Source: Conexivisphaerales archaeon (GTDB taxonomy: Archaea; Thermoproteota; Nitrososphaeria; Conexivisphaerales; DTJL01). From it: DNA of 41,805 bases. Positions within the stretch are counted from its first letter, which is position 1, and every line of letters starts with the position of its first letter. Both the position numbers and the translations under genes were made by a program. Below, one piece after another: positions 25,509 to 34,050 of this stretch. Below the pieces are notes generated by a model that was not told where the DNA came from, did not search any database, and saw only the letters and a program-made list of their open reading frames with translations. The stretch spans positions 1 to 41,805 of the forward strand of contig JBEKZX010000010.1 of the NCBI GenBank assembly GCA_049509455.1, written 5' to 3'.

Positions 25509-26438
25509 CTACTTCCCGAGGATCTCCTTGATCAAGGCCGCCCTGACGAACATTCCGTTCCGGGCCTGGTCGAAGTACTTGGCTATGGGCAGGCCGTCCA
25601 GGTCCGTGCTCAACTCGTCCACACGCGGGAGGGGGTGCATGAGAAAGGGCACCTTCTTGAAAGGGGCCAGCGAAGACCGACTGAGTTGGTAAGAGCCTTT
25701 AAGCCTCTCATATTCCCTCAAATCTGCGAACCTCTCTTTCTGAAGCCTCGTGACGTAGAGGAAGTCTAGCCCCTCGACAACGTCCTGATACGTTTCGGCG
25801 AAGGAAGGCTTCGCGCTCCTGAGAGACGCGACAATCTCCGGCCTCACCTGGAGCTCCTTTGGGGCTATGTAGGTGATCTGAACGCCGTCGAACTTGTCCA
25901 GAGCGTATGATAGGCTGCTGGTGGTGCGGCTGTGCGTCAGGTCGCCCATCATGCCTATCTTCACGCCGTCGATCGAACCCCTCACGCGCTTGATGGTGTA
26001 AAGGTCAAGCATCGCCTGGGTGGGATGCTCATTAGATCCGTCGCCGGCGTTCACCACGGGGCCCCTGCAGATGTCGGCCGCCACCCCCGCCGCTCCCGGC
26101 GTCTTGTTCCTCACGACGATGACGTCAGGCGAATATCCGTCCACCATCCGCATGGTGTCCTCGAACGCCTCCCCCTTGACTATAGAGGAGGCTTCGGCCA
26201 ACCCGAAGTCTATCACCTGGCCGCCTGCCTTGACCATGGCGAACTGGAAGCTCAACCTCGTCCTTGTTGAAGGTTCGAGGAAGACGGTGGCCATGAGCTT
26301 CCCTCGCAGCACGTCCAAAATCCCTCCCCGCTCCATGGCGAGCCGGACGCCATCCGCATCCGTCAGCAGACCGTCCAACGCTTGACGCCCTATATCCTTC
26401 GTCGAGATAACGTCTTTGCCGGCAAAAGGCGAGGTCAT
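25509..26438 (-). CDS. pyrB: Aspartate carbamoyltransferase catalytic subunit
   Basis: FLEPSTRTRLSF, SSIVKGE, HPTQ, GDL..SRT..SL, TRLQKER and HPLP; start at ATG 26438. Confidence 0.93.
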   Translation of the reverse strand: MTSPFAGKDVISTKDIGRQALDGLLTDADGVRLAMERGGILDVLRGKLMATVFLEPSTRTRLSFQFAMVKAGGQVIDFGLAEASSIVKGEAFEDTMRMVDGYSPDVIVVRNKTPGAAGVAADICRGPVVNAGDGSNEHPTQAMLDLYTIKRVRGSIDGVKIGMMGDLTHSRTTSSLSYALDKFDGVQITYIAPKELQVRPEIVASLRSAKPSFAETYQDVVEGLDFLYVTRLQKERFADLREYERLKGSYQLSRSSLAPFKKVPFLMHPLPRVDELSTDLDGLPIAKYFDQARNGMFVRAALIKEILGK

Positions 26439-26470
26439 GGGTCTTGCGAGCAAAAGCGCCCCGGGCCAAC

Positions 26471-26485
26471 TAATAAGTAATTCAA
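26471..26485 (-). promoter_or_regulatory. TATA-like box with adjacent TTGAATTAC element upstream of pyrB
   Basis: Minus strand TTGAATTACTTATTA, 33-47 bp upstream of the ATG. Confidence 0.6.
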
Positions 26486-26671
26486 ACTCCGGCACTTCGT
26501 AGTCTCGTTCCTGAGAACCATCTGAACGGTGTCGATGCGGTTCCGTCCCACAGCGCTGATGACGCAGACAAGAGCTGCAAGCCCAGTCTTGCTGAAAGGC
26601 GAGCCTTGGAATCTGGCCCCAGCGCAAGATACCAGCAAATGCTTTAACGTCGCAGGTGGTTCCGCAGTCAT

Positions 26672-28027
26672 ATGCGTGGGGCCGATATCTTGGTTTCGGG
26701 CGGGACCGTCGTCACCCCTGACTCTGTCTTCAAGGCCGATGTCCTCGTGACCGGAGGGCGCGTAGCGAAGGTTGGCAGGAACCTGATGGCCGGTGGAGCG
26801 AGCGTCTTGGATGCCACAGGGCTCTTCGTCCTCCCGGGTGCCATCGACGGTCATGTCCACATGAGGGACCCGGGGCTCACTGAGAAGGAGGACTTCTCCA
26901 GCGGGACGGCCGCCGCCGCAGCCGGCGGGGTCACCACCGTGCTGGAGATGCCGAATACGCTTCCTCCAGTGGAATCCGTGCAGAGGCTCCTAGAGAAGAA
27001 GGAGGTCCTTTCGCCCAAGGCCATCGTCGATTTCGGCCTCTATGCCGTGCTTTACGATGGCAACGCCAGCCGAGTGGTGGGCATGGCAATGGCTGGAGCC
27101 GTGGGATTCAAGGCTTTCATGGGCCCCACCACCGGAAACATCCCTCCACCCTCCGACGCCTCCATCTTCGAGTCCCTTTCCGCTCTCAAGGCGCTGGGGG
27201 TGCCCACCGCCTTCCATGCGGAAAACCAATCCATGATTACATACTACACCAACAAAGTGAAGGCCACCGGGAGGATGGACCCGAAGGCCCACTGCGATGC
27301 CCGGCCTCCGATTTGCGAAACCGAGGCCGTCAACAGGGTCTGCTTCCTAGCCAGCAAGTCTGGAGGGAAGGCTCACTTCGTCCACATCAGCACGGGGGAG
27401 GCGATGAGGCTGGTGGAGGAGCATAGGGCCAGGGGGGCGGCCGTCACCTGCGAAACCAACCCGCAATATCTCTCCATGACGGAGGAGGACATGGCCAGGC
27501 TGGGCGGCCTCGGCAAGATCAACCCTCCCCTGCGAACTGAAGCCGACCAGAACGCGCTGTGGGATGGAGTCGCCAATGGCGCGGTGGAGTGCATAGGCTC
27601 CGACCACGCACCCCATCTCGTGTCGGAGAAGCTTGGCACAAACATCTGGGACGTTCCCTCGGGTTTCATAGGGGTCGAGACCCTTCTGCCCATCATGCTG
27701 GACTTCGTAAGCCGGGGGAAGACCTCCTTACAGAGGGTGGTGACGCTGTTGTCCAGGAACCCGGCGAGGCTCTATGGAATCGCCGAAAGGAAGGGCGAAA
27801 TCAAGGAGGGCGCCGACGGTGACCTCGCCATAGTGGACTTGACCCAAGAACGGATCATTAGGGCGGAACTCCTTCACAGCAAGCAGAAGGTGACGCCCTT
27901 CGAAGGGAGGAAGGTCAGGGCCACCATCATACATACGATCGTAAGAGGGAACGTCGTCTACGACGGAGAGGTCCTGGCCCCCGCCGGCGAATGGGTCAAG
28001 CCGCGCTGGGCCGATTCGGCCGCATAG
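26672..28027 (+). CDS. pyrC: Dihydroorotase-type cyclic amidohydrolase
   Basis: DGHVHMRDPG (substrate Arg), FKAFMG, FHAEN, HFVHIST, KINPPLR and GSDHAPH; divergent from pyrB. Confidence 0.8.
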   Translation: MRGADILVSGGTVVTPDSVFKADVLVTGGRVAKVGRNLMAGGASVLDATGLFVLPGAIDGHVHMRDPGLTEKEDFSSGTAAAAAGGVTTVLEMPNTLPPVESVQRLLEKKEVLSPKAIVDFGLYAVLYDGNASRVVGMAMAGAVGFKAFMGPTTGNIPPPSDASIFESLSALKALGVPTAFHAENQSMITYYTNKVKATGRMDPKAHCDARPPICETEAVNRVCFLASKSGGKAHFVHISTGEAMRLVEEHRARGAAVTCETNPQYLSMTEEDMARLGGLGKINPPLRTEADQNALWDGVANGAVECIGSDHAPHLVSEKLGTNIWDVPSGFIGVETLLPIMLDFVSRGKTSLQRVVTLLSRNPARLYGIAERKGEIKEGADGDLAIVDLTQERIIRAELLHSKQKVTPFEGRKVRATIIHTIVRGNVVYDGEVLAPAGEWVKPRWADSAA

Positions 28028-28135
28028 GTTAGCTTCTTCGTCCGCCGGACATCTGCCCCTGTAAGCGAATGGGCTTACCAAGGGTTATACCCAGGCGGCG
28101 GGTTCCTCTAATCTGCAGGAGTTGACCAAAAGAGC

Positions 28136-28345
28136 GTGAAGATAAGCGCAAGAAACAAGATCGCAGGAACCGTTTCTGTAGTGGAGGCAGGAGCCGTGGC
28201 CGCCCTGGTCAAGGTGGACGTAAAGGACCCCTTCACCATTACCTCGATGATAACGAAAGAGGCCGTGGAGGACCTTGGCCTGAAGAAGGGCGACAAGGTT
28301 TCAGTTATCATCAAGTCCACAGAAGTCATCATCGCGAAGGACTAG
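28136..28345 (+). CDS. mop: Molbindin (Mop/TOBE) molybdate/tungstate-binding protein
   Basis: 69 aa: MKISARN.I.G.V, ITSMIT.EAVEDLGL..GD.V..IIKST.V. Confidence 0.93.
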   Translation: MKISARNKIAGTVSVVEAGAVAALVKVDVKDPFTITSMITKEAVEDLGLKKGDKVSVIIKSTEVIIAKD

Positions 28346-28403
28346 CCTCCGGCTGCAGATTCTTCTTTTTTGTGCGCATCTATGACTTGGCCGTAAGCCG
28401 GCC

Positions 28404-28713
28404 CTAGGGGACGTAGACGGCCTCGTAGCTGCTGGAGTAATTGCCATAGCTGGTGACGGTGTAGTTGGTCTTCATGCCGTTCACGTAGACCCAGTAGAAG
28501 TGGTCGGCGTTGACGGGGGGGGAGATAATCCATGCTTCCCAGCTTGAGAACTACGGTGCCGTTGGCGTTTAGTGCTATGCTTGTGGTGCCCTGTGGCCCT
28601 CCTTCGAAATCATGACTTAGAGATATTGAGCCGTCACCGTACGGCGCGCCTCCCTTGAAGACCTGTATTGTGATGGTATCTGTCGGGACGTATTGGTCCG
28701 TGACGAACTCCAC
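28404..28713 (-). pseudogene. Fragment of a beta-rich surface/secreted protein gene with a frameshift at a C8 tract
   Basis: VEFVTDQYVPTDTITIQVFKGG...MDYLPP continues as VNADHFYWVYVNGMKTNYTVTSYG...YVP* only if the C8 run at 28515-28522 loses one base; no signal peptide or promoter space upstream. Confidence 0.6.
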
Positions 28714-28897
28714 GGGTTACGCGGTGGTGTCAGGGAGCTGGGTCGGTAACTTCACGGTGGTTGTTACGTACGCTGGCGGGCTCTACACGTTCCCAGCGTG
28801 GACGGGCTTCTCGATCAACGTAGTCACTCTCAGCGTCCCGTCGGGTTCCACCAAGATCGAGACCGTCGGATGCCTTGCGCCCATTGGATTCTGTTGA
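28700..28897 (+). pseudogene. C-terminal fragment of another beta-rich extracellular-type protein
   Basis: VTNSTGYAVVSGSWVGNFTVVVTYAGG...VTLSVPSGSTKIETVGCLAPIGFC* looks coding, but starts by overlapping the opposite-strand fragment. Confidence 0.45.
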
Positions 28898-28985
28898 GGC
28901 AGCTCCAATGATGATACCGATATTGCGAACGTCATACTGAACTTTATTCCAACCTGCGATTCCTTTGATTGGACTCCATATTCGT

Positions 28986-29612
28986 TCAGTTTATTACGCT
29001 GGTACTGTTCCAGGGCAGAGGTCCGACATACAGGCTGGTCCCAACGGTTATGAGTTCGCCCAGACAGATGTCCCTGAACCCGACAAGATATGTCCCGTAG
29101 GTTGCCGAAGAGTTAGCCGTGATTTGGTAGGTCACAATCCTATAGGTGCTATTGACGAGTATCACGCTGTAGATCGAGACCGAAATGCCAACATCTTGAG
29201 AAGACATGGCGGTCAAGTCCGTTCCGTTCACCCTCCAGACGCTGTTTTCGAGGCCAGCTGTGAGGTAGTCTTCCAAGCCCTGCGTGTCATTTTCTGGATT
29301 GAGCAAATCGTACGCCATGGTGAGGTAACCCGAGGAGCCAGGCCTCAGCACGTACTGGTTAAGCATGGGAATGCTGTTCGAGCTTCCACCAGGATAGGGC
29401 TGGCTGTATGTGGCGAACCCGTCAGCGCTCCTAATCGTGACCCATGCATCTATCATAGGGCAATTTGCGTTCACTCCCCCAGGTGACTTGCTAGTCTGGG
29501 AGCCCAATGACACCGGAACAAGGTAAACTATCGAAGTGCCCGCCACTATTCCCAATGACAAAGCCAGAAGGACAGCGATGGTTGACTTCCTGTTCAGGCT
29601 CAAGACGGACAA
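28986..29612 (-). CDS. Membrane-anchored/secreted hypothetical protein
   Basis: 208 aa with an N-terminal hydrophobic helix and a Ser/Thr/Tyr-rich beta-type body. Confidence 0.7.
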   Translation of the reverse strand: MSVLSLNRKSTIAVLLALSLGIVAGTSIVYLVPVSLGSQTSKSPGGVNANCPMIDAWVTIRSADGFATYSQPYPGGSSNSIPMLNQYVLRPGSSGYLTMAYDLLNPENDTQGLEDYLTAGLENSVWRVNGTDLTAMSSQDVGISVSIYSVILVNSTYRIVTYQITANSSATYGTYLVGFRDICLGELITVGTSLYVGPLPWNSTSVIN

Positions 29613-29691
29613 GGTATAGTTCGACCGAGATGTAATGCCAATATTGGTACACCGATCGGAAGCGAGTGTTCAACATTTGGCACAGGAGTAA

Positions 29692-30111
29692 TCATGGGAT
29701 TCCCTTCCACACGACCCAAGACTCGTAGGCGAGGAAGCCGACGGTCAACGCAGTGAGAGCCAAAATAAAGACGACCGCCCTAAGATCGCTGGGAGGAGAA
29801 AGGAGCAGATAGGACCCAGACATCGCCAAAATGAATACGGCGTAGAACAAAAGGCGCGGGACCCTGACGCGTCCGAACTTCACGAATTGGCGCATGAAAC
29901 TCACGTCTACCTCCTTGATGACGGAATACTTCCCCTCTTCGTCCTTCATGACCAGCCCCATCTCAGCGAGCTTTTCGAGATGGTGGACTGCTACATTCAC
30001 GCTTGAAAAGTGGAGTCGGCGCTGGACCTCTCTCGGACCCAAGCCACTTTCGTTGAGAAGCAGCCAATACACCTTTAGCGTCTTTCCTTCGAGGGTCACT
30101 TGACTGGCCAT
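29692..30111 (-). CDS. N-terminal winged-HTH protein with two C-terminal TM helices
   Basis: GKTLKVYWLLL...GPREVQRRLHFSS.NVA.HHLEKL...GLV.K...GKY, then two hydrophobic helices. Confidence 0.85.
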   Translation of the reverse strand: MASQVTLEGKTLKVYWLLLNESGLGPREVQRRLHFSSVNVAVHHLEKLAEMGLVMKDEEGKYSVIKEVDVSFMRQFVKFGRVRVPRLLFYAVFILAMSGSYLLLSPPSDLRAVVFILALTALTVGFLAYESWVVWKGIP

Positions 30112-30182
30112 GCCGAGCTACGAATGAGACCAACCCTCGGTGTTCTTTAAGCCTAGCCTCTGGTCGGCCTTGTTCTCGTTCT

Positions 30183-30226
30183 ATTAACCTATTGTTCTCA
30201 ATAAGTTAAAGATGATTAACCTATTG
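30183..30226. promoter_or_regulatory. Triple 11-12 bp repeat, candidate operator
   Basis: ATTAACCTATTG at 30183-94 and 30215-26 (exact), with inverted CAATAAGTTAA (1 mismatch) at 30199-30209. Confidence 0.7.
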
Positions 30227-30386
30227 AAGCGTTTAGCCCCCGCTGCCTGCAGAAGTCTCTTGATCGTTGTGGCAGGCAAAGGAGAATCCAATCTACTGGT
30301 GATTGAGTATCCACATGAAGCCATACTGTTCTCACTATCCGGATGACATGTTATTGGTACGGTTTCTGAAACAGCCCAGGTCTCGC

Positions 30387-31040
30387 CTACCCTGCATACA
30401 GGACATATGCGCCTACAGCGGCGATCACGAAGCCGACGAGCGCATAGTTATGCTTCGGAGGAACCCTTGCGAATATCTCCGACAACCCCCTCGAGCCCAC
30501 TAGGACGAGCAATGTCAACGAAAGGATCGAACCGGCGGCGAATATTACCGCGGCATCCACCGCTAAACCAAGTCCCATTGGTGCGGCCAGCAGTAAGATG
30601 GGCAAGATGCTCAGGTCAGGCGAAAGCGCTCCTCCAAGGACCGCGAAGTATCCAACGCCTTTTCCCGTGCTCCCCCCAATTCTCACTCCTTCCTCCTCGG
30701 CCTCCTTTTGGTAGTCTTCTTTGCGATTGGAGATGATAGTCCGCACTCCGTAGAGCGTCCCAGCCAAGAGCATCACAACCCCTATGGCCGTAGTCAGGTA
30801 TTCAGATACTGCTCGGGTGAACACTAGCCCCAGAACGACGACGGCGAACCCGAGTACGACGGAAAGCGCAACGTGACCAAATGCTGTTATTACGCTGACG
30901 GCCATAAGCTTGGACTTGCTCCATTTGGAAATCCGAGCTAGGATGCAGAGGGTCACCCAATGGTCAGGCGCTGACATGTGCGGCACGCCAACAAGAGCGG
31001 CAGCAGCTAGAAGCGGGGACACTGAGACCAAAGTGACCAA
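30387..31040 (-). CDS. Ni/Co-transporter-like membrane protein, copy 2 (inverted paralog of 17317-17961)
   Basis: Colinear protein with HMSAPDHW; 53/60 nt identical in one manually aligned window. The true start may be the second TTG (31031). Confidence 0.75.
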   Translation of the reverse strand: MVTLVSVSPLLAAAALVGVPHMSAPDHWVTLCILARISKWSKSKLMAVSVITAFGHVALSVVLGFAVVVLGLVFTRAVSEYLTTAIGVVMLLAGTLYGVRTIISNRKEDYQKEAEEEGVRIGGSTGKGVGYFAVLGGALSPDLSILPILLLAAPMGLGLAVDAAVIFAAGSILSLTLLVLVGSRGLSEIFARVPPKHNYALVGFVIAAVGAYVLYAG

Positions 31041-31305
31041 CAGGGGAACAGGTTGATGCGAAACGAAAGAGGGTTGCCCAAGAACTTTGCTCCGCTTGCC
31101 CCAGGAATTATACGCTGATTAGGCGCAAGCTTTAGCCAGTCCATTCTTTATACCCACCCTTTTTGGAGGGTGAAGGTCCCACCATTCGGAGTGATTATGA
31201 TAGAAGGTGGCTTAGAGCAGACCGAGAATGAATAGATTCCATTTGAGTCAATCCTTACATGTGCACTAAAGACAATTAAGCCGCAGATGGGCACCTAGGG
31301 ACGAC

Positions 31306-33435
31306 TTGAAAGGAGTCGAATCCTTCTTCTCTCCCCGCTCCATCGCCGTCGCCGGCGTTTCCGTCGATCCCTCCAAGGTCGCTTCAGTCATCTTCTCCAA
31401 CCTCGTCAGGAACGCGAAAAGCGGCCTGCTGAAGGCTTCGGTCTACGCCATCAATCCTCGATACCGGAAGATCGGGGAGCAGCCTTGCTACAAGGACGTG
31501 GATTCGCTCCCAGAGGTACCGGAGCTGTTCGTCGTAGCCGTGCCTTTGGCCCTGACGGTCGATCTGGTAAGGCAGGCCTGCAACAGAGGCTCGAAGGCCA
31601 TCATCATAATCACCGGCGGGTTCGGCGAAGCTGGGCACGAGGACCTTGAAGCTGAGATAAGGTCCATCACTTCCTCGAAGGGGGTCAGGGTCTTGGGTCC
31701 GAACACCATCGGCCTGCTTGACACGTCATCGGGGGTCGACACCCTCTTCCTTCCCACCACCAAGAAGCTTCCCTCCGGAAGAGAGGTTGTCTCGCTCCGT
31801 CCGCCAGCCAAGGGCGGAGTGGTCATCGTCACCCAGAGCGGCCACCTCGGTGAGATCATCGCCGAGGAGCTCGGCGCCAATCAGATAGGTGTGAGGGCGC
31901 TGGTGGGGGTGGGCAACCAGCTGGACGTCTCGATCGGGGATGTCGTGGAGCACTTTGCGGACGATCCGGAAACCAAGTTGATGGCCCTCTACCTCGAAGG
32001 CCTGAAGGATGGTCGCCGCTTCCTCAGGGAGGTCTCCCGAGCCGCCAAGAACAAACCTGTAGTCGTCTTCAAGCTGGGCAAGTCGCAGGCAGGGGCAAAG
32101 GCCGCCCTCACTCACACCGCCTCCATGGTGGGCGACTACCAGGTCTACCGCGCAGCCTTCAGGAAGGTCGGCCTTCTGGAGGCCGAGACATTGGAGGACC
32201 TGGTGGACTACTGCACGGCCCTCTCCTTGGCCCCAGCGGCCTCCGGTGAAAGGATACTCATCATCACCAACGCCGGCGGCTCTGGCGCCATAGCCGCCGA
32301 CAAGAGCAACAGGATGGGCCTTCAGGTGGAACCTCTGAGCGAAAGGGCGGCGAACGGGATCAAATCAAGGTTCGCAGATTCCAGCTTCATCAGGATAGTG
32401 AGCCTGAGTAACCCTGTCGACCTCACGGCGACGGCGACCACCGAGGAGTTCGTCGCCATCTCCGAGTACCTCGTCAGGTCGCCCGAGTACGACCTCATGG
32501 TGGTCATCCCCACGCACCAGCCTCCCACCATCGAGTATAGCATCGTGGAAGGCATCGTGAGGGTGGCGAAGAAGGCGAAGAAGCCAGTGGTCACCTGCGT
32601 CATGGGCACTTCAGAGTTGGCCCACATGTTGCACTCCGAGTTCCTCTCCAACGGGGTGCCAAGCTTCCCTTCCCCTGAAAGGGCAGTCGGAGCGCTCTGG
32701 GCGCTCGTCCAGCGCAAGAAGCTCAGGGCCGGGATTTCGCCGCCCGAGGAGCTTCGAAGCGATGACATTGTCCCGTGGTTGAAGGAAAGGAAGGGGTTCC
32801 TCGTGCAGCCCGACGCCAGCAGGCTTCTCGATGAATACCGCATTGACTCCGGGCGGTCGATGATGGCAACGTCAAAGGAGGATCTCGCCAAGGCCGTGCG
32901 CACCATCGGTTTTCCGCTGGCCTGCAAGCTGCTATCAAGAGATCTCATCCACAAGACCGAGAAGAATGCGGTAAGGCTAAACGTCAAGAGCAGGGCTGAG
33001 CTGGTCTCCGCATTCGAGGAGCTTCGAGCCCTGGCCGCGCAGGCTAAGCTTCAGTTCGACGGCGTGCTGGTGCAGGAGATGCTGGAGAACGGCGTGGAGA
33101 TGATACTCGGGAGCCTCCGGGATCCCACCTTCGGCCCGACGGTCATGCTTGGGATAGGGGGTGTCTACACCGAGGTGCTGAAGGACTTCGCCATGGGTGT
33201 GGCTCCGGTCGACGAATCGGAGGCCTCCGACATGATAGCCAGCCTAAGGATGGGCACGCTGCTGCGAGGGTTCCGAAATGTTCGCAAGGCAGACGAGGCG
33301 ACTTTAGCTGCCGTCGTGGCAAGGTTCTCGAAGATGCTCGTCGAAAACCCCAGCCTGAAGGAAGCGGAGATAAACCCCCTCATCGCCGTCGGCGGGAGGA
33401 TGGTCGCGGTGGATTCTCGAATCGTCGTCCGCTAG
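31306..33435 (+). CDS. ADP-forming acetate/acyl-CoA ligase, fused alpha-beta
   Basis: CoA-binding N-terminus, LGPNTIG, QSG, phospho-His THTASMVG, NAGG.G, NPVDL and C-terminal ATP-grasp (VLVQEM, DPTFGP, EINPL). Confidence 0.93.
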   Translation: MKGVESFFSPRSIAVAGVSVDPSKVASVIFSNLVRNAKSGLLKASVYAINPRYRKIGEQPCYKDVDSLPEVPELFVVAVPLALTVDLVRQACNRGSKAIIIITGGFGEAGHEDLEAEIRSITSSKGVRVLGPNTIGLLDTSSGVDTLFLPTTKKLPSGREVVSLRPPAKGGVVIVTQSGHLGEIIAEELGANQIGVRALVGVGNQLDVSIGDVVEHFADDPETKLMALYLEGLKDGRRFLREVSRAAKNKPVVVFKLGKSQAGAKAALTHTASMVGDYQVYRAAFRKVGLLEAETLEDLVDYCTALSLAPAASGERILIITNAGGSGAIAADKSNRMGLQVEPLSERAANGIKSRFADSSFIRIVSLSNPVDLTATATTEEFVAISEYLVRSPEYDLMVVIPTHQPPTIEYSIVEGIVRVAKKAKKPVVTCVMGTSELAHMLHSEFLSNGVPSFPSPERAVGALWALVQRKKLRAGISPPEELRSDDIVPWLKERKGFLVQPDASRLLDEYRIDSGRSMMATSKEDLAKAVRTIGFPLACKLLSRDLIHKTEKNAVRLNVKSRAELVSAFEELRALAAQAKLQFDGVLVQEMLENGVEMILGSLRDPTFGPTVMLGIGGVYTEVLKDFAMGVAPVDESEASDMIASLRMGTLLRGFRNVRKADEATLAAVVARFSKMLVENPSLKEAEINPLIAVGGRMVAVDSRIVVR

Positions 33436-33450
33436 TGCTCTTCGAAGTGA

Positions 33451-34050
33451 TCAGGCCAACTTCGTCGCCGCGGCCGCCTTTAGCCCGGCGTGGAACACTT
33501 CGACTGCCGCGTCTCCCCTCTTCCCGAGCACGTTTCTGATGGCGACCTCGATGGACGCGGTGGGGAGGAAACTGGAAAGGCTGCAGAGGACACCCAGCAT
33601 GTAGACGTTCGCGGACCGAGGCTGACCCAGCCGGCTGGCCTCCTTGCGTGCCTCGACGACGTGCACCCTCCCACCCCGGCTCCCCATGGCCTTCAACATC
33701 TCATCGATGGCCGGGAACTTCTCCTTCTTGGTGATGGTGGTTATCGTGTCTTTGATCTCAGGGTCCACCAGGACCAGGGCGCCCTCTTTCGGGTACCCGA
33801 AGGACCGCAGCGCCTCGCCTGCCTCGAGGGCCAGCAACACGTCGGCCGAATCCTGGGAGAAGAGCGGGCTCCTAACTTCCTTTCCTATCCTGACGAAGCT
33901 CTGGACGCTACCTCCTCGCTGGGCCATTCCCAGCGTTTCGCCTGTCCTCACCGAGTAACCGGCGTCGACGGCCGCCTCGGCCAGTATCCTCGACAGCGTG
34001 AGGCCTCCCTGCCCTCCGACGCTGGCTATCAGGATGTTGAGCTCGTTCAT
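33451..34050 (-). CDS. iorB: Indolepyruvate:ferredoxin oxidoreductase beta subunit
   Basis: VGGQG, ETLGMAQRGGSV.S.VR.G, DVLLALE..EALR and ANVYMLG. Confidence 0.93.
   Translation of the reverse strand: MNELNILIASVGGQGGLTLSRILAEAAVDAGYSVRTGETLGMAQRGGSVQSFVRIGKEVRSPLFSQDSADVLLALEAGEALRSFGYPKEGALVLVDPEIKDTITTITKKEKFPAIDEMLKAMGSRGGRVHVVEARKEASRLGQPRSANVYMLGVLCSLSSFLPTASIEVAIRNVLGKRGDAAVEVFHAGLKAAAATKLA

Noticed and set aside
26672-28027. Allantoinase call
   Set aside because: HVHMR and KINPPLR fit dihydroorotases better and the gene is divergent from pyrB; allantoinase is not fully excluded without phylogeny.
28404-28897. Shufflon-type invertible C-terminal cassettes
   Set aside because: The fragments are head-to-head rather than reading inward from flanking crossover sites; no recombinase or repeated crossover sites seen.
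31155-31172. CACCCT-N6-AGGGTG hairpin resembling an IS200/IS605 end
   Set aside because: 6-bp stem only, with no tnpA/tnpB remnant or second end nearby.
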